IMG/VR virus record: IMGVR_UViG_2974556029_000001
Span: 1 to 64,000 of that record
Source of the DNA: a virus
Taxonomy: Duplodnaviria > Caudoviricetes
DNA length: 64,000 bases
Reading direction: 5' to 3' (one strand)
Both the position numbers and the translations under genes were made by a program. Positions 55,392 to 64,000 of the stretch are shown one piece after another. Position 1 is the first letter of the stretch, and the number at the start of each line of letters is the position of its first letter. The notes under the pieces were generated by a model, which searched no databases, had not been told where the DNA came from, and saw only the letters and a program-made list of their open reading frames with translations.

Positions 55392-55918
55392 CGCCCTTCC
55401 ACCAGTTCCGCCTCGAGGTCGCCCGCATCGTTGATGACCTCGGGCCCAAGAGCAGGTCTATGGTCTACGACGTGGCCACCGACACCCTGCGCGACATCTG
55501 GCGCGCCAGGTCCGCCGCCGCCTACGACTACAGCCTGTGGGGTGCCTTCTGGTACGAGGCGACGCGAGAGGATTTCGATCAGGCGATCGGGAAGCTTCGG
55601 TCAATGACCCCGCCCCAGATCACGCGCGAGATCGGACGAGCTCAGTTCGACGAGGCGTCGATCATCCTGGTGCCGGGCGAGTGCTGGATCGTGGGGAAGT
55701 CCTACGCTTTTCTGATCGCCATGGTCAGCAGCAGCATGGAGTGGGACTATCGGGCCCACGCCAACGTCGAGAAGTGGAAGGCTTTCATCACGTCCACGGG
55801 GAAAAAGATGAAGGCCTTCCAGTCCGGAAACGACTCGACCACGGCTTCGAGCCATGATGCCGCCATGCGCTCGCTCCGGCGCATGATCGAAACCAAGATG
55901 GGCGTGTCCTTCGAATGA
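55388..55918 (+). CDS. Hypothetical protein
   Basis: ATGA overlap; GGGGAGG RBS. Confidence 0.6.
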   Translation: MTPFHQFRLEVARIVDDLGPKSRSMVYDVATDTLRDIWRARSAAAYDYSLWGAFWYEATREDFDQAIGKLRSMTPPQITREIGRAQFDEASIILVPGECWIVGKSYAFLIAMVSSSMEWDYRAHANVEKWKAFITSTGKKMKAFQSGNDSTTASSHDAAMRSLRRMIETKMGVSFE

Positions 55919-56190
55919 ACGACCTCTTCGGAGATCTGCCCGCCTCGAAGCGGCCGCAGAAGCCCCAGGAGCGTCCGAAGACCGCCGCCGCGCCACAACG
56001 GCCCGCTGAACGATCTTCCCCCGCTCCTGCGCCCGCTCCAGTGGCCGCGCCGACGCCTTGCGGGCGGGACTTTCTCGGCGCGCACAAATGCCGCGTCGGC
56101 GGCGGCCACGCCTACTACAGCGACGACTTCGGCAGGACCTGGTTCTGCGACCAGCACATGCCGCCCAACTTCTTGCCCAAGAGGCCATGA
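55915..56190 (+). CDS. Small Zn-finger-like protein
   Basis: Pro-rich linker, then C...HKC...WFCDQH. Confidence 0.6.
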   Translation: MNDLFGDLPASKRPQKPQERPKTAAAPQRPAERSSPAPAPAPVAAPTPCGRDFLGAHKCRVGGGHAYYSDDFGRTWFCDQHMPPNFLPKRP

Positions 56191-57713
56191 CAATGCGTTC
56201 TGACCCCAACGACGAGGCCCTGCCCTTCAACCTCCAGGCCGAGACCGGCATCCTGGGCGCCCTGATGTTCGATCGCCAGGCCTATTCCGCGATTGAAGAC
56301 ATGCTCCAGGGCCAGCATTTCTATCTGCCCGGCCACGCGCTGATCTTCGACGCCATCGTCGGGATCTACAAGAAGGATGGCGAGGTCGATCCCGTCCTGA
56401 TCGACCGCGCCCTCAAGGGCCAAGAGGACTACGAGGTCCTGGCCAATGACCGCGGTGCGATCGGCTATCTGACCGACCTGCTGCGAAATGCGCCGCCCTG
56501 GCGCAGCACGCCCCAGTACGCCGAGATCATCGTCGACAACGCCGTGCGCCGAGAGATCATCCGCCTGGCGCGCTATACGATCGACGAGGCTAGGAGCAAT
56601 CGCGAGGAGAACGCGCTGGACGTGATCAGCGCGGCCCAGAAGAACATGGACGAGGTGGCGGCGTTCGGCCCCACCAAGGTCGCGTGGGTCGACTTGGGCG
56701 CGGTCTATCTGCGCCAACTCCACAAGGCGCGCGATCGCGGCGGCGACGAGCCCGGCATCCCCACCGGGATCCACGATCTCGACAAGGTCCTGGGCGGCCT
56801 GCGCCCGTCGACCACCAACGTCCTGGGCGCGCGTCCCGGCATGGGCAAGTCGGCCGTGGCGGTGCAGATCGCCCTGAACATGGCCAAGGCCGGCTATGGC
56901 GTGGCCTTCTTCAGCCTGGAGATGCCCGAGGAGCAGCTGGCCACCCGCTTCGGCTGCGCGCTGGCCTATGACCGCATGGCCCCGGTCTACAGCGGAAAGT
57001 CGACCAACCCGACCTATGAGGACTTCGAGCGCGGCAACCTGACGGAGGCGCAGTGGGCGCGCCTGGAGGACGCCGCCGGAGAACTGGCCGAGTTGCCGAT
57101 CTACATGGACTTCCGCTCGAAGATGAAGGTCAGCCAGATGTCGGGCGCGGTCCGGCGCCTGCAACGCGAGTGGAAGAGGCGCGGCCTCAAGGGCGGAGTG
57201 TCGATCGTCGACCACATCCTCCACGTCGCCGGCTCGGATCCCAAGGTGACCGACCCGACCCAGAAGTTCACCGAGATCTCCGGCTCGCTCCTGGATATGC
57301 ACAAGACTCTGGAGATGCCTGGCCTGGTCCTCTGTCAGCTGAACCGGAGCGTGGAGTCGCGCGACGACAAGCGCCCGACCATGTCGGACCTGAAGTTTAC
57401 CGGCGCGCTGGAGGAGGACGCCTACAGCGTTTCGTTCCTCTACCGGCCGGAATACTACAACCGGCCGCCCGTGGGCGACGAGGAGAGCCCCAAGGCGGCC
57501 AAGGCCTGGGAGCAGTACCACGCCGACAAGAGGCGCTGGGCCAACCGCCTTCTGTGGCTCCAGGAGAAGAACCGCGGCGGCCGTGGCCAGCAGCAGGTCG
57601 AGATGTTCTGCGACATCGGCTGCAACGCGGTTCAGAACCTGGACATGATGGCGGCCGACAACGGGAGCCTCGTCTTCCCGACGGGCGGCGCCGTCTTCGG
57701 GGATGACGTCTGA
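56187..57713 (+). CDS. dnaB: Replicative DNA helicase
   Basis: GARPGMGKS, FFSLEM, IVDHI, LCQLNRSVESRDDKRPTMSDL, LEEDA. Confidence 0.95.
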   Translation: MTMRSDPNDEALPFNLQAETGILGALMFDRQAYSAIEDMLQGQHFYLPGHALIFDAIVGIYKKDGEVDPVLIDRALKGQEDYEVLANDRGAIGYLTDLLRNAPPWRSTPQYAEIIVDNAVRREIIRLARYTIDEARSNREENALDVISAAQKNMDEVAAFGPTKVAWVDLGAVYLRQLHKARDRGGDEPGIPTGIHDLDKVLGGLRPSTTNVLGARPGMGKSAVAVQIALNMAKAGYGVAFFSLEMPEEQLATRFGCALAYDRMAPVYSGKSTNPTYEDFERGNLTEAQWARLEDAAGELAELPIYMDFRSKMKVSQMSGAVRRLQREWKRRGLKGGVSIVDHILHVAGSDPKVTDPTQKFTEISGSLLDMHKTLEMPGLVLCQLNRSVESRDDKRPTMSDLKFTGALEEDAYSVSFLYRPEYYNRPPVGDEESPKAAKAWEQYHADKRRWANRLLWLQEKNRGGRGQQQVEMFCDIGCNAVQNLDMMAADNGSLVFPTGGAVFGDDV

Positions 57714-57855
57714 CGATCTCAGGTCTATGAGAGAAGGGCGGGCGGCGGAGTTACCAGCTCACGCCGCCCAGACATAGGCTTCAACTAGGAGGGAGCAAGC
57801 CAATGCCAAGCGGCAATCTACGTACTTTCGCGCGCGTCCACAAGGACCGCACCCA

Positions 57856-58743
57856 ATGAGCGCGCTTGCTTTCGGCCTGGCCTGCAAGGTCCAGTGCCCG
57901 ACGCCGCCGTCGAAGCTGCTGCTTCTGCTGCTGGCCAACCGCGCCGGCCTTGATGGCCTCATTTTCCCAAGCCAGACAACGCTTGCCGAGGAAAGCGGCC
58001 TGAGCGAGCGCGCTGTCCGGGAACATCTGGCGCGCCTCGAAGACGCGCAGCTGATCAAGAGGACGCGAAGGACTCGAGGGGATGGATCTCGCACGTCCGA
58101 CAGTTTCGAGCTGCTTTACCTACCGGCAGATTTCGTCTGGCCCGAGGCCGTCCAACCGGCAAAATCCAGCAAGGCCAACCGGCAGGATAAGGCGTTTCAA
58201 CCGGCGAGATCTGCCGGGCTGAACTACGAAGATAATCTCCAAGAGGAATCATCCTCGCTACGCTCGGATATACTCGAGGCGGAATTTGAGGATGTCCCGC
58301 TCACCGACGAAGAGCGGGCGGCGAAGGAAGAGGCTGACCGACTGGCCGCCGAAGCCGCTAAGGAGGCTGCGCGCCTGGAGGCGATCGCCATGTCGTCGGC
58401 CTTCGACAAGTTCTGGCACTTCTACCATCGCAAGGTCGCCAAGCCGAAAGCCATCGCGGCCTACAAGAAGGCCGTGGAGCGCATCCGTAAGGAGCGTCCC
58501 GACGCCGATCCGCACGAGGTCATCCTGGAAGGTCTACGGGCCCACTGGAAGGGCTTCGAGCTGCTGCACAAGACCAAGCAGGACTTCGCCATCCCGCACC
58601 CCACCACCTGGTTGAACCAGGACCGCTACAACGACCGCCCTGAGAACGGAGGCGCAAATGTCCAAATCCCTCGTGACCACCAACGCCAGCAGCGAATTGA
58701 CAACGCTCTCGACGGCGCTCGCCAGTTCCTTGAGGAGGAATAG
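57856..58743 (+). CDS. Replication initiator (N-terminal wHTH, lambda O-like)
   Basis: KLLLLLLAN...FPSQTTLAEESGLSERAVREHLARLE; FDKFWHFYHRKVAK...PHPTTWLNQDRYND. Confidence 0.9.
   Translation: MSALAFGLACKVQCPTPPSKLLLLLLANRAGLDGLIFPSQTTLAEESGLSERAVREHLARLEDAQLIKRTRRTRGDGSRTSDSFELLYLPADFVWPEAVQPAKSSKANRQDKAFQPARSAGLNYEDNLQEESSSLRSDILEAEFEDVPLTDEERAAKEEADRLAAEAAKEAARLEAIAMSSAFDKFWHFYHRKVAKPKAIAAYKKAVERIRKERPDADPHEVILEGLRAHWKGFELLHKTKQDFAIPHPTTWLNQDRYNDRPENGGANVQIPRDHQRQQRIDNALDGARQFLEEE
58122..58217 (+). repeat. Iteron-like repeats, probable origin of replication
   Basis: ACCGGCAGAT(58122), CAACCGGCAAAAT(58153), CAACCGGCAGGAT(58176), CAACCGGCGAGAT(58198); 22-23 bp spacing for the last three; in the initiator linker. 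Confidence 0.75.
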
Positions 58744-59179
58744 CAGCGCCAAGGAGGCGATCCGGGACCTGGTGCGAGATCCTCAGGCCAGGGCGGCCGC
58801 GGCGGCATCTGTCCCTGACCTGCAGGCCATGAACCAGCCCATGACGAGGAAGGACATGGTGGACATCTTGGAGCCCCTGATCGCCGTCTATGGCGACACG
58901 AAGACCACAGACGAGTGGCGAGTGGCCTGGCGCGAGTTCTATGAGACCATCGGCCACCTTCCGGCGCTCGCCCTGCTGGCCGCAAAGCAGGCCTACAAGG
59001 CTCAGCCGAACGCCTTCACGTTCCCCAAGCCGGGGCCGCTCCTGGCCCTGGCCGAGGAGAAGAGGGCCGAGTTGGCCCGAAACCTCCGATGGGCCAAGAT
59101 CATCGCCACGATCGATCCGATGGCCACCCTCGACGAAATCCAGGCCGCCTACGCCGCGTCCTTCGACCAAGGAGACTGA
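58658..59179 (+). CDS. Putative helicase loader (lambda P-like position)
   Basis: Overlaps the initiator end; FPKPGPLL motif. Confidence 0.5.
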   Translation: MSKSLVTTNASSELTTLSTALASSLRRNSSAKEAIRDLVRDPQARAAAAASVPDLQAMNQPMTRKDMVDILEPLIAVYGDTKTTDEWRVAWREFYETIGHLPALALLAAKQAYKAQPNAFTFPKPGPLLALAEEKRAELARNLRWAKIIATIDPMATLDEIQAAYAASFDQGD

Positions 59180-59180
59180 A

Positions 59181-59594
59181 ATGGAAATGCCCCGCCCCGA
59201 GAACACCAAGCGCCTGCGCTTCATGCGCACCATCGAGACCGGCCTCACCGGACGCGAGGCGCTGATCCGCGCCGAAGTGATCATGCTGGTGTCGGCCGAC
59301 TACGACGGATCGGCCGCGGCGATCGCGATCGACATTGGCGACATGAAGGCGCCGAAGATCGATCTCGTGCCCATGCCCGACTGGTTCGAGCTTCTCGGTC
59401 ACGGCCTGGCGCTCGTCGGCGACGAAGAACTGGCGGCCGAGACCGCCACGCTCTGCGATGACATGGACGAGGTCGAGCGCGGACTGAACGCGCCCAAGCT
59501 GCCCGACGTCATCCAGAACGTCCTCGACGGAAAGGTGAGCCTCAAGCCGAAGGATCGCCTCCTGGGCTCGTCCGGGATGTCGGTTAAGCAATGA
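59181..59594 (+). CDS. Hypothetical protein
   Basis: AAGGAG RBS, ATG 59181. Confidence 0.6.
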   Translation: MEMPRPENTKRLRFMRTIETGLTGREALIRAEVIMLVSADYDGSAAAIAIDIGDMKAPKIDLVPMPDWFELLGHGLALVGDEELAAETATLCDDMDEVERGLNAPKLPDVIQNVLDGKVSLKPKDRLLGSSGMSVKQ

Positions 59595-60004
59595 CGCCTC
59601 AGAAGCAGATCTTCCGGCACCGGCCCGAGAACGGCGTCTACGGCGATTGCTATCGCACCGCCCTGGCCTGCATCCTCGACATGAAGCCGGAAGATCTCCC
59701 CCATGAGCACCGGGTGTTCGGCGACAATGAACAGCGGCAATTCTACGACGCGGCCCTTAAGCCTTTCGGCTTCAAGATCGCCCTGTTCGCCTGGACCTGC
59801 AGCCTGGAGGAGGTTTTCGAGGTCATGAAGATCTCGAACCCCGGCATCCACTACATCCTCTCTGGATGGAGCCGATCCAACTGCAACCATTCTGTCGTCG
59901 CACTCGAGGGCGAGATCGTTCACGACCCCTCGCTGACAAACGCCGGAATCGTCGGCCCTTGCGACAACGGTGCCTACTATGTCGAGTTGCTGGTGAGGGC
60001 CTGA
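59591..60004 (+). CDS. Papain/C39-like fold small protein
   Basis: YGDCYRTALACIL...NHSVVALEGEIVHDPS (Cys-His-Asp pattern). Confidence 0.6.
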   Translation: MTPQKQIFRHRPENGVYGDCYRTALACILDMKPEDLPHEHRVFGDNEQRQFYDAALKPFGFKIALFAWTCSLEEVFEVMKISNPGIHYILSGWSRSNCNHSVVALEGEIVHDPSLTNAGIVGPCDNGAYYVELLVRA

Positions 60005-60720
60005 TGGCGGGCTCGGAGGCAGAAGAGCGCATCCGGGCCCTAGTCGTGGCGGCCATGCGCCGCCGGTGGCCGGACGCCAGGATCATCCACGAGCTCGTCC
60101 TGGACCAGGGCGTGGTGCGGATCGACCTGGCGGCCGTCACCGAGGACCATATCGCCTTGGCCGAGATCAAGAGCGAGCGCGACGTCCTCACCCGCTTGCC
60201 AAAGCAGCTCTCGCTGGCCACGAAGATCGCTGGCGAGACCTGGCTCTGCACCACGCTGAAGCACGCCGGCGAACTGGATCACATGCGATGGGACCGAAAG
60301 GCGCCGGAGCTCAGCGCGGCTCTGCGACACACGGTTCTGATGTTCGAACAGGACGGGTTGCTGAAGCCGAGACATGCGGGCGGCATGGACGCGCCAGTCC
60401 CGGACGTCCGCTCGGTCCTGATGATGTTGTGGGCCGCCGAGCTGCAGCTGATCGCCAAGCCCTTCGGCGGGTGGTCCAAGCCGCGCTTCTGGTGCATGCG
60501 CGCGATCGTGGAGAACATGAGCGGCCGCGAGATCCGGCGCGCCGTTTGTCAGGCCCTGCGCCGGCGAACCTTCGCCCGGGCCGATGATCCGATCGGCGTC
60601 TTGCCGCCGGAGGAGAAGGTCAAGGCTCAGAACCTATTCCGAGATCCTGCGCCGGCGCCGGACTTCGATTGGCAGGCCTGGCGAGAACAGGTCGCCCTCC
60701 TGGGCCAGGCTCAATCCTGA
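60004..60720 (+). CDS. PD-(D/E)XK nuclease (MmcB/sce7726-like)
   Basis: IHEL...RIDLAAV...AEIKSERDVLTRLPKQ. Confidence 0.75.
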   Translation: MAGSEAEERIRALVVAAMRRRWPDARIIHELVLDQGVVRIDLAAVTEDHIALAEIKSERDVLTRLPKQLSLATKIAGETWLCTTLKHAGELDHMRWDRKAPELSAALRHTVLMFEQDGLLKPRHAGGMDAPVPDVRSVLMMLWAAELQLIAKPFGGWSKPRFWCMRAIVENMSGREIRRAVCQALRRRTFARADDPIGVLPPEEKVKAQNLFRDPAPAPDFDWQAWREQVALLGQAQS

Positions 60721-62567
60721 TCCCAGAAGGCCAGGTCGCTGATCTGGCCGCGGACCACCTCGAGTCGCCCGCGCAGGACGCGAATAGCGCTCATGGTCGC
60801 CGAGGTGACGGCGTCCTGGTGCAGGGCCTCAAGCGCCCGTTCAGCGTCCGTCACTTCGATCACCGCCTCGTAGCACCGCGACCAGATCTCGCGCGCCTTA
60901 TCCGGATCGTAATTCGGATCCAGGAACGGCGGATTGATTGCGCCGGCCGCGCGCTCGGCCGCCTTGACGATGTCGCCGAGCCCGTTCATCCGCGCCAGGT
61001 CCAGGAACGGCGTCTGGTCGTGCATCCCGTCGACCAGCGCCAAGAACAGGGCCATGGCCATGGACTTCAGGTCCGGATCTCCGAAGCCGACGCGCTCGAG
61101 CGCCTCGTCATAGCGGCTCGCCCAGGACGGATTGGCCGCCGCGCCGAGTGCCACGGCCGCATAGAAGGGGTTGAAGGGCCTCATGCCCCTCTGCTGCGCC
61201 GGAGGAAGCTTCGGGGCTTCCTGGCGTCTCCACGGGGCGTCGCCGGCCTTTGTCGGTGAGGACCTGGCGGGAGCTGTCGGTCGCGGGAAGAGCTTCTCCA
61301 GGCGCCCCAGGAGATCATCTCGATAGGCGCGGCCCAGATCCGCGTCCGAAATCTGGTCGGCCGCCGCACGTAGGCGCTTCTTCAAGTCGACCTTCTGCTC
61401 CGGCGTCTGCAAGGGCATGGCGTCGCGCTCTCGCACGAACAGCGCCTCGACGAACGGGACGGTGCGCTGCAGCTGAGCGCGCAGGATCTCCGGCCCCTTG
61501 TCCTTCAGGATGTCATCCGGATCCTTGCCGCCCACCAGGTGGGTGAAGCGGAACGATCGGCCAGACCTGAGCATGGGGAGACTCTTGTCGATCGCACGGC
61601 TGGCGGCGCGCTGGCCGGCCTTGTCTCCGTCGAAGCATAGGGTCGGCTCTGGATGCAGCCGCCACAGCGTCTCCATCTGCTCCTCGGTCAGGGACGTGCC
61701 CATGGCGGCGACGGCCGGCACGTTGGCGCGCTGACAGGCGATGACGTCCATGTACCCTTCGACCACCACCATCGGCGTCTTGGTCGCGCCGGCGGCCTGG
61801 CCGGCATGCAGAAGCCTCCGGGCGTCGGGAAGGCCGTAGAGCACGCGGCTCTTCTGGAAGATGTCCGTCTCGGGGCCGTTCAGATACTTCGCCTTCGCGC
61901 CCTTCTCCATCGCGCGGCCACCGAACGAGACCAGACGCCCACGGCCGTCGGCAATCGGGAACATGATGCGATCGCGGAATCGATCGTATGGCGGTGAGCC
62001 ATCCTCAGGGCGGATCAGCAGGCCGGCGTCGACCAGGGCGTCCGGATGCGCGCCCTTGGCCACGAGGTAGTCCTTCAGGGCCGTGCGGCCGCCTGGCGCG
62101 TACCCGATCCCGAACCGTTTCCATTCCGCCTCAGGAAGGCCGCGCTTCTCCAGGTAGGCGCGCGCCGCCTCGCCGGCCGGGCGTCTTAGCTCCGCCTCGT
62201 ACCAGGCGGCCGCGAGGTCGATCCAATCCGAGAGAGTGGCGCGCCGCCGCTCAGTCTCCACGGTCTTCTGGTCCGGCTCAGGCATGGCCATCCCGGCCTC
62301 GCCCGCCAGCCGCTCGACCGCCTCGTGGAAGGTCAGGCGCTCGGTCTCCTGGAGGAAAGAGATCAAGTCCCCGTGCTTCCCGCTGCTGAAGCAGTGATAG
62401 AAGCCCTTGTCGTCGTTCACGAAGAACGAGGGGCTCTTCTCCTTGGTGAACGGCGACAGGCCGGCGTACTCGCGGCCTTGGCGCCGGAGCTTCACGCTCT
62501 TGCCGATCACGTCGGACGGGCGGAGGCGGCTCTTGAGCTCCTCCAGGAAACTGTCAGGGATGCGCAT
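60711..62567 (-). CDS. dnaG: DNA primase, host-like
   Basis: Zn-binding LSPFTKEKSPSF...YHCFSSGKHGD; DRFRDRIMFPI; KYLNGPET; Toprim VVEGYMDV...CFDGDKAG. Confidence 0.96.
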   Translation of the reverse strand: MRIPDSFLEELKSRLRPSDVIGKSVKLRRQGREYAGLSPFTKEKSPSFFVNDDKGFYHCFSSGKHGDLISFLQETERLTFHEAVERLAGEAGMAMPEPDQKTVETERRRATLSDWIDLAAAWYEAELRRPAGEAARAYLEKRGLPEAEWKRFGIGYAPGGRTALKDYLVAKGAHPDALVDAGLLIRPEDGSPPYDRFRDRIMFPIADGRGRLVSFGGRAMEKGAKAKYLNGPETDIFQKSRVLYGLPDARRLLHAGQAAGATKTPMVVVEGYMDVIACQRANVPAVAAMGTSLTEEQMETLWRLHPEPTLCFDGDKAGQRAASRAIDKSLPMLRSGRSFRFTHLVGGKDPDDILKDKGPEILRAQLQRTVPFVEALFVRERDAMPLQTPEQKVDLKKRLRAAADQISDADLGRAYRDDLLGRLEKLFPRPTAPARSSPTKAGDAPWRRQEAPKLPPAQQRGMRPFNPFYAAVALGAAANPSWASRYDEALERVGFGDPDLKSMAMALFLALVDGMHDQTPFLDLARMNGLGDIVKAAERAAGAINPPFLDPNYDPDKAREIWSRCYEAVIEVTDAERALEALHQDAVTSATMSAIRVLRGRLEVVRGQISDLAFWDQD

Positions 62568-62578
62568 GTCAGGGGTAC

Positions 62579-63427
62579 TCAGGTGTGGGTGAACAGGTCC
62601 TTCTGCGGCATGTTGGCCACAGCGGACGGATTGATCCATAGTACCTCGGTCCGCGGGCGCGCACCGTCGGCCAGGGCCTGGCGCTCGATACGCCGCCATC
62701 CAGACAGACGCTCGTCATAGAGCGCATGCGGATAGCCCGAGAGCACGACCATGCCCTTCAGAGACAAGAGAAGATCCAGGAGGGCCTGGTGTTGCCCATC
62801 CGTCAGCTCGTGCTTGTACGAACCGCCGCCGGGGCGCCTGGCGACGCGCGTGCGCGTGGCGTGCAGATAGGGCGGGTCGACGTAGTGCAGGGTCTCCGGA
62901 GTGTCATGCTGGCGCATGACCTCGAGTCCATCCTTGCACTCAATCGTGATGCCCTGCAGGCGCGCCACGGCCTGGCCCAGGGCCGCGCCATAATTGACCC
63001 AGTCGTGCGCCGGCGTCGTGCCGTTCCGATTGCTGTTGGACCGAAAGCCCGTCCGATAGGGGCTGGTCGGTCCGTCGGACCCGTGGCCCATGAAGGATCG
63101 CACCACAAGGCGGCGCGCCCGTTCGACGCGACAGTCGCATGGGTCATAGGCCTCGTTGAACTCCTCACGCGCGAACGGTGTCAGCTGCAGCATCCGCTTC
63201 AGCTGGCCGGCCGTGCGGCGGTTTCGCAGAACGCGGAACAGGTTGACGACGTCCTTGTCGAGGTCGTTGTAGACCTCGGAGTAGCAGCGGTCCTTGCGCA
63301 TCAGCACCGAGGCCGCGCCGCCGAAGGGCTCGACGTAGATCCGATGGGGCGGGAAGTTCTCGATGATCCAGGGCGCCAGCATCCACTTTCCGCCGTGCCA
63401 ACGAAGGACGGGTCGATCAACGCTCAT
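62579..63427 (-). CDS. Dam-like (D12 class) adenine methyltransferase
   Basis: LRWHGGKW, YVEPFGGAASV, YNDLD, HYVDPPY. Confidence 0.92.
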   Translation of the reverse strand: MSVDRPVLRWHGGKWMLAPWIIENFPPHRIYVEPFGGAASVLMRKDRCYSEVYNDLDKDVVNLFRVLRNRRTAGQLKRMLQLTPFAREEFNEAYDPCDCRVERARRLVVRSFMGHGSDGPTSPYRTGFRSNSNRNGTTPAHDWVNYGAALGQAVARLQGITIECKDGLEVMRQHDTPETLHYVDPPYLHATRTRVARRPGGGSYKHELTDGQHQALLDLLLSLKGMVVLSGYPHALYDERLSGWRRIERQALADGARPRTEVLWINPSAVANMPQKDLFTHT

Positions 63428-63708
63428 TCCGGCGGATCTCCTCGCCAACCACAAACCCGGCAGGCCGGAACCTCGGACATGCACGAAGAGCAAGGCGCGG
63501 ACCTGAAGCAGCTGCATCCCCCAAGACCAGGGTCTCTTTCCAGCCACAGCATGCCTACGCATCCTGGACGGCCGCAGATGTCACCTTCTTCATCCCCGAA
63601 GGCTTTAGCGGTGTGGCGACCGAGCAGGATGTTGAGCATCCAACTAGCTGAGCGATATTTGCGCGCGGCTCTCTTTCTGCGCCGATTTGTGGATCTCAGG
63701 TTTCGCAT
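63424..63708 (-). CDS. Small Cys-rich protein
   Basis: CGRPGC...CSCFRSAPCSSC...CRVC. Confidence 0.6.
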   Translation of the reverse strand: MRNLRSTNRRRKRAARKYRSASWMLNILLGRHTAKAFGDEEGDICGRPGCVGMLWLERDPGLGGCSCFRSAPCSSCMSEVPACRVCGWRGDPPE

Positions 63709-64000
63709 CGAAACTTCTCCTGCTTGCGCGCCATGATGCCGGCTCGGCGCATGGGCGCGTCATAGGTGTTGTGGCACCGCTGGCACCAGGACTTCAGGTT
63801 CGGCCTGTCGCCGGGGACGCCGTTGTCCTCCGGCTGGTGGTTGAGGTGCGCTGTGGTCAGGACCACGATCGACCCCGTCACCGGGTGGGGCTTGCCGTTC
63901 TCCGCCCGGCAGTCGGGATAGGCCGGCGATCCCTCGCACCGGTTTCCGGCGCGCTCCCGGACCTCGAGAACGATCACCTGCCACTCGGCGCGTGGCGGGT
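63696..64000 (-). CDS. HNH-like protein, start lies beyond the window edge
   Basis: RERAGNRCE...VLTTAHLNH...NLKSWCQRCH; frame open to position 64000. Confidence 0.75.
   Translation of the reverse strand, partial: PPRAEWQVIVLEVRERAGNRCEGSPAYPDCRAENGKPHPVTGSIVVLTTAHLNHQPEDNGVPGDRPNLKSWCQRCHNTYDAPMRRAGIMARKQEKFRCET

Noticed and set aside
1-64000. Integrase, att site, IS element, tRNA
   Set aside because: No tyrosine or serine recombinase or transposase motifs, no tRNA cloverleaf with T-loop and acceptor stem, and no host genes flanking the phage sequence to define an att junction

Overview
The whole window is a GC-rich tailed dsDNA phage or prophage with a siphovirus-type gene order. The host is most likely an alphaproteobacterium, probably Caulobacteraceae; this is inferred from the SSB and DnaG sequences and codon style. 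Layout: (i) 85-1969, minus-strand micro-genes. (ii) About 2100-2848, a candidate packaging site and a probable TerS. (iii) 2845-8051, a ~5.3 kb island between TerS and TerL. (iv) 8134-34392, packaging, head, neck, tail, tape measure, tail tip, fibre and tailspike genes. (v) 34864-37450, lysis genes. (vi) 38091-48284, a leftward early operon (RNase H, exonuclease, RecT, RecE-like, AAA ATPase). (vii) 48429-60720, a rightward operon (Cro-like, J-domain, SSB, RuvC-like, two MTases, GP88-like, DnaB, initiator with iterons). (viii) 60711-64000, a convergent operon (DnaG, Dam-like MTase, HNH) cut by the window edge. I see no integrase, CI repressor, tRNA, CRISPR array or IS. The most striking result is the TerS-TerL island. 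It encodes miniature copies of the phage's own proteins: two truncated TerL-ATPase paralogs and a Tat-signal-bearing copy of a tail-tip segment. It also holds a ~430 nt structured non-coding region and an orphan HipB-like HTH whose putative palindromic operator (TGTTCCCGATCGGGAACA) recurs upstream of the left-end genes. I propose it as a candidate self-decoy (anti-defence or exclusion) cassette. All family names come from motif recognition by eye; no search was run.
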